Assembly (NCBI GenBank): GCA_951406725.2
Contig: OX597832.1
Location: 42,346,001-42,410,000, forward strand
Direction of reading: 5' to 3'
Source: Octopus vulgaris
Taxonomy: Eukaryota
DNA: 64,000 nt
Under the pieces are notes generated by a model. The model was given only the letters and a program-made list of their open reading frames with translations, searched no databases and was not told the DNA's origin. Positions 61,395 through 64,000 of the stretch are shown here, piece after piece. The position numbers and the translations under genes were made by a program. The number at the start of each line of letters is the position of its first letter. The stretch's first letter is position 1.

Positions 61395-62370
61395 CGTCCC
61401 AGATATGGGAGCAGTATTCAATAGCAAGTTTTTTCCTAAGCTTCGTATACGATAAGTAGTGGAGGCGCAATGGCCCAGTGGTTAGGGCAGCGGACTCGCG
61501 GTCATAGGATCACGGTTTCGATTCCCAGACCGGGCGTTGTGAGTGTTTATTGAGCGAAAACACCTAAAAAGCTCCACGAGGCTCCGGCAGGGGGTGGCGG
61601 TGATCCCTGCTGTACTCTTTCACCACAACTTTCCCTCACTCTTACTTCCCGTTTCTGTTGTACCTGTATTTCAAAGGGCCGGCCTTGTCACTCTCTGTGT
61701 CACGCTGAATATCCCCGAGAACTACGTTGAGGGTGCACGTGTCTGTGGAGTGCTCAGCCACTTACACGTTAATTTCACGAGCAGGCTGTTCCGTTGGTCG
61801 GATCAACCGGAACCCTCGTCGTCGTAACCGAAGGAGTGCTTCCATAGGATAAGTAATTGCTGGTTCTGAAAACGAAGCTCAGTCTCATTGATGTAGAAAC
61901 CTCAGCCATCATCCACCTGGTGTTGTCCCCTGTCTCCATTTCAGGGATCGGCTTGCCAATACTTTCCTGTTCCCTCTGTACGGTGCTGCCTGCATACAAT
62001 CAGTCCGGGATCCGGACAAAATCCCCTAGGAAAAATCCCACTGTGGGCTATGTAAATGAGAGGAAGACCATGAAGAAATAGCACAGTCCCAGATATGGGA
62101 GCAGTATTCCATCGCTGGGGTCCCTAAGTTTTCGTATAAGATAAATAATGGATGGTTCTGAAAACAAAGCTCAATCTGTGATGTAAAAAAAACTTCAGCC
62201 ATCAGTTAGGTGTTGTCCCTGTGTCCAGTCCAGGGATCGGCTTGCCAAAACTTTCCAGTTCCTTATGTACCGTCCTGCATGCATACAATCAGTCAGGCTC
62301 TTGTTTTCAGGGTCCGGACAACGCTCTCCCCTCTGGACTATGTGAATGAGAGGAAAACCAAGGAGGAATG
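61395..62370. repeat. Diverged ~290-bp tandem duplication, first copy split by a SINE
   Basis: gtcccagatatgggagcagtattc, cagggatcggcttgccaa and gcatacaatcagtc each occur twice. Confidence 0.85.
61461..61843 (+). mobile_element. Full-length tRNA-derived SINE family C
   Basis: A-box tggcccagtgg, B-box ggtttcgattcc. Imperfect 14-bp TSD at 61447-61460 and 61844-61857. Confidence 0.88.
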
Positions 62371-62391
62371 TCTGAATGGCGTAGTATTCCA

Positions 62392-62597
62392 CTGACCCTT
62401 AACGTAGTTTTCAGGGAGATTCAGTATGACACAGAATGTGACAAGGCTGGCCATTTGAAATATAGGTACTTCTAAAATATAGGTCAGCTCAGTGGACTGG
62501 AGCAATGTCAGATAAAGAGTCATGCTCAAGGACAAAACGTGCTGCTAGGAATCGAACTCACGACATTACGACTGTGGGCCGAATACCCTAACCACTA
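62392..62597 (-). mobile_element. SINE family C variant, partial
   Basis: tRNA-like head plus shared body. Confidence 0.75.
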
Positions 62598-62992
62598 AAA
62601 AGTTGAGTTTATGCGAGATTGGATTGAAAGGGTTCAGATCCCTTTGATCCCCCACTTCAACACATTATTGACGTTTGGCTTCTTCAGTAGGCATGGCATG
62701 ACTAGTTATAAAAATGTTAATAAATTCAATCTTTTCAGTTTTCCTATTTATTTTCTTTTCCGTTTTCATGTTTATTAATGTTTTTTTTCATTTCTCTTTG
62801 TCTATTGAGAGTTAACTATTTTTTTTAGTTGGGGAGATAATCAAAAGAACCGATATTTTTCATAAAACTGGTGAGATAACCCAGTTTTTTAATGGCGGTG
62901 AGATAACCAAACTGTATCACAATAAAAAAGTGAAACTATTGTATCACATTACAATAATACCGAAACAGTCTAAGACTCGTATATATATATAT

Positions 62993-63143
62993 ACGCCATG
63001 ATAGATCGTTAGCCACTACACACATTTTTTTCTCCCCTTGTTTCTCTCCTTGTTTTTTTTTCTGCGTCCCTTTCTGTAGAAGAGCGTAGGCTCGAAACGT
63101 AAAAGACTTTTTCTATTCCTGTGCGTTATACTAATGCATCTGC
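62993..63143 (+). mobile_element. Element with minimal hammerhead (63070-63105), CUGUAGA core, 3'-truncated
   Basis: cttt CTGTAGA agagc gtag gctc GAAAC GTA aaag. Confidence 0.75.
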
Positions 63144-63266
63144 TCCGGACTCGTATTAGGCAAGAAGTTGAAAATTGTTTTGGTCCGTGACACTCCATAT
63201 GTAAAATTCGAATGAAATCGGTTGGGTAGTCCTCGATATTTACTGATGCATACATACAGACACACA

Positions 63267-63278
<12 letters not shown>
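63144..63278 (-). mobile_element. Possible Helitron-like 5' fragment
   Basis: Minus strand starts tatataaaactgtgtgtctgt, like the 10394 Helitron. Confidence 0.35.
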
Positions 63279-63303
<25 letters not shown>

Positions 63304-63380
63304 ATTCTCAATTATTTTGCTATACATATATACATATGTTTATATACATACATATATATATATATAAATATATATATATA

Positions 63381-63470
<90 letters not shown>

Positions 63471-63473
<3 letters not shown>

Positions 63474-63658
63474 AGAGTTTACGAAAAAAACAAAAGACGA
63501 AGCCAGGTGATGTACAAAACAAGCAGATGTATTAGTATAACGCTCAGGAATAAAAAAAAGTATTTTACGTTTCGAGCCTACGCTCTTCTACAGAAAGGGA
63601 CACAGAAAAAAACAAGGAGAGAAAAAAATGTGTGTAGTGGCTAACGATCTATCATGCC

Positions 63659-63660
<2 letters not shown>
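63471..63660 (-). mobile_element. Element with minimal hammerhead (63562-63597), CUGUAGA core
   Basis: Inverted relative to the 62993 copy. (TA)n on both sides. Confidence 0.75.
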
Positions 63661-63702
<42 letters not shown>

Positions 63703-63722
63703 TGATATATATATATATAGTT

Positions 63723-64000
<278 letters not shown>

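Noticed and set aside
61461-61535. tRNA-Arg gene
   Set aside because: Acceptor stem does not pair and the sequence continues into a SINE body with a TSD.
62665-62692. Minus-strand CTGAAGA agcc AAACGTC
   Set aside because: Stem II and G12 absent, and stem I does not pair.

Overview
AT-rich eukaryotic DNA dominated by microsatellites ((TA)n, (CA)n, (TATG)n, (AAT)n, (CAT)n, (CTT)n) and transposon debris. The repeat repertoire resembles Octopus (my recognition, not a search). I found no supportable host coding exon, and nearly all long ORFs in the track are translations of simple repeats. Identifiable elements: several tRNA-derived SINE families (labelled A-D here), a 5'-truncated CR1-group LINE, two R4/Dong 3' ends inside (AAT)n, Tc1/mariner remnants, two non-autonomous Helitrons, Penelope-like (PLE) RT fragments, a 110-bp minisatellite, and a 2.2-kb Gag/ORF1-only retroelement inserted in a SINE. 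The main unexplained signal is a dispersed set of short (0.15-0.5 kb) non-coding inserts in or next to (TA)n arrays. Many are long fold-back palindromes with an asymmetric unique tail, and many carry type I hammerhead ribozyme motifs. Two palindromes carry a hammerhead on both strands, and two sub-families share non-canonical cores (CUGUAGA, CCGACGA). My inference is a non-autonomous, microsatellite-targeted, ribozyme-bearing retroelement system derived from PLE pseudo-LTRs. All alignments and folds were done by eye.
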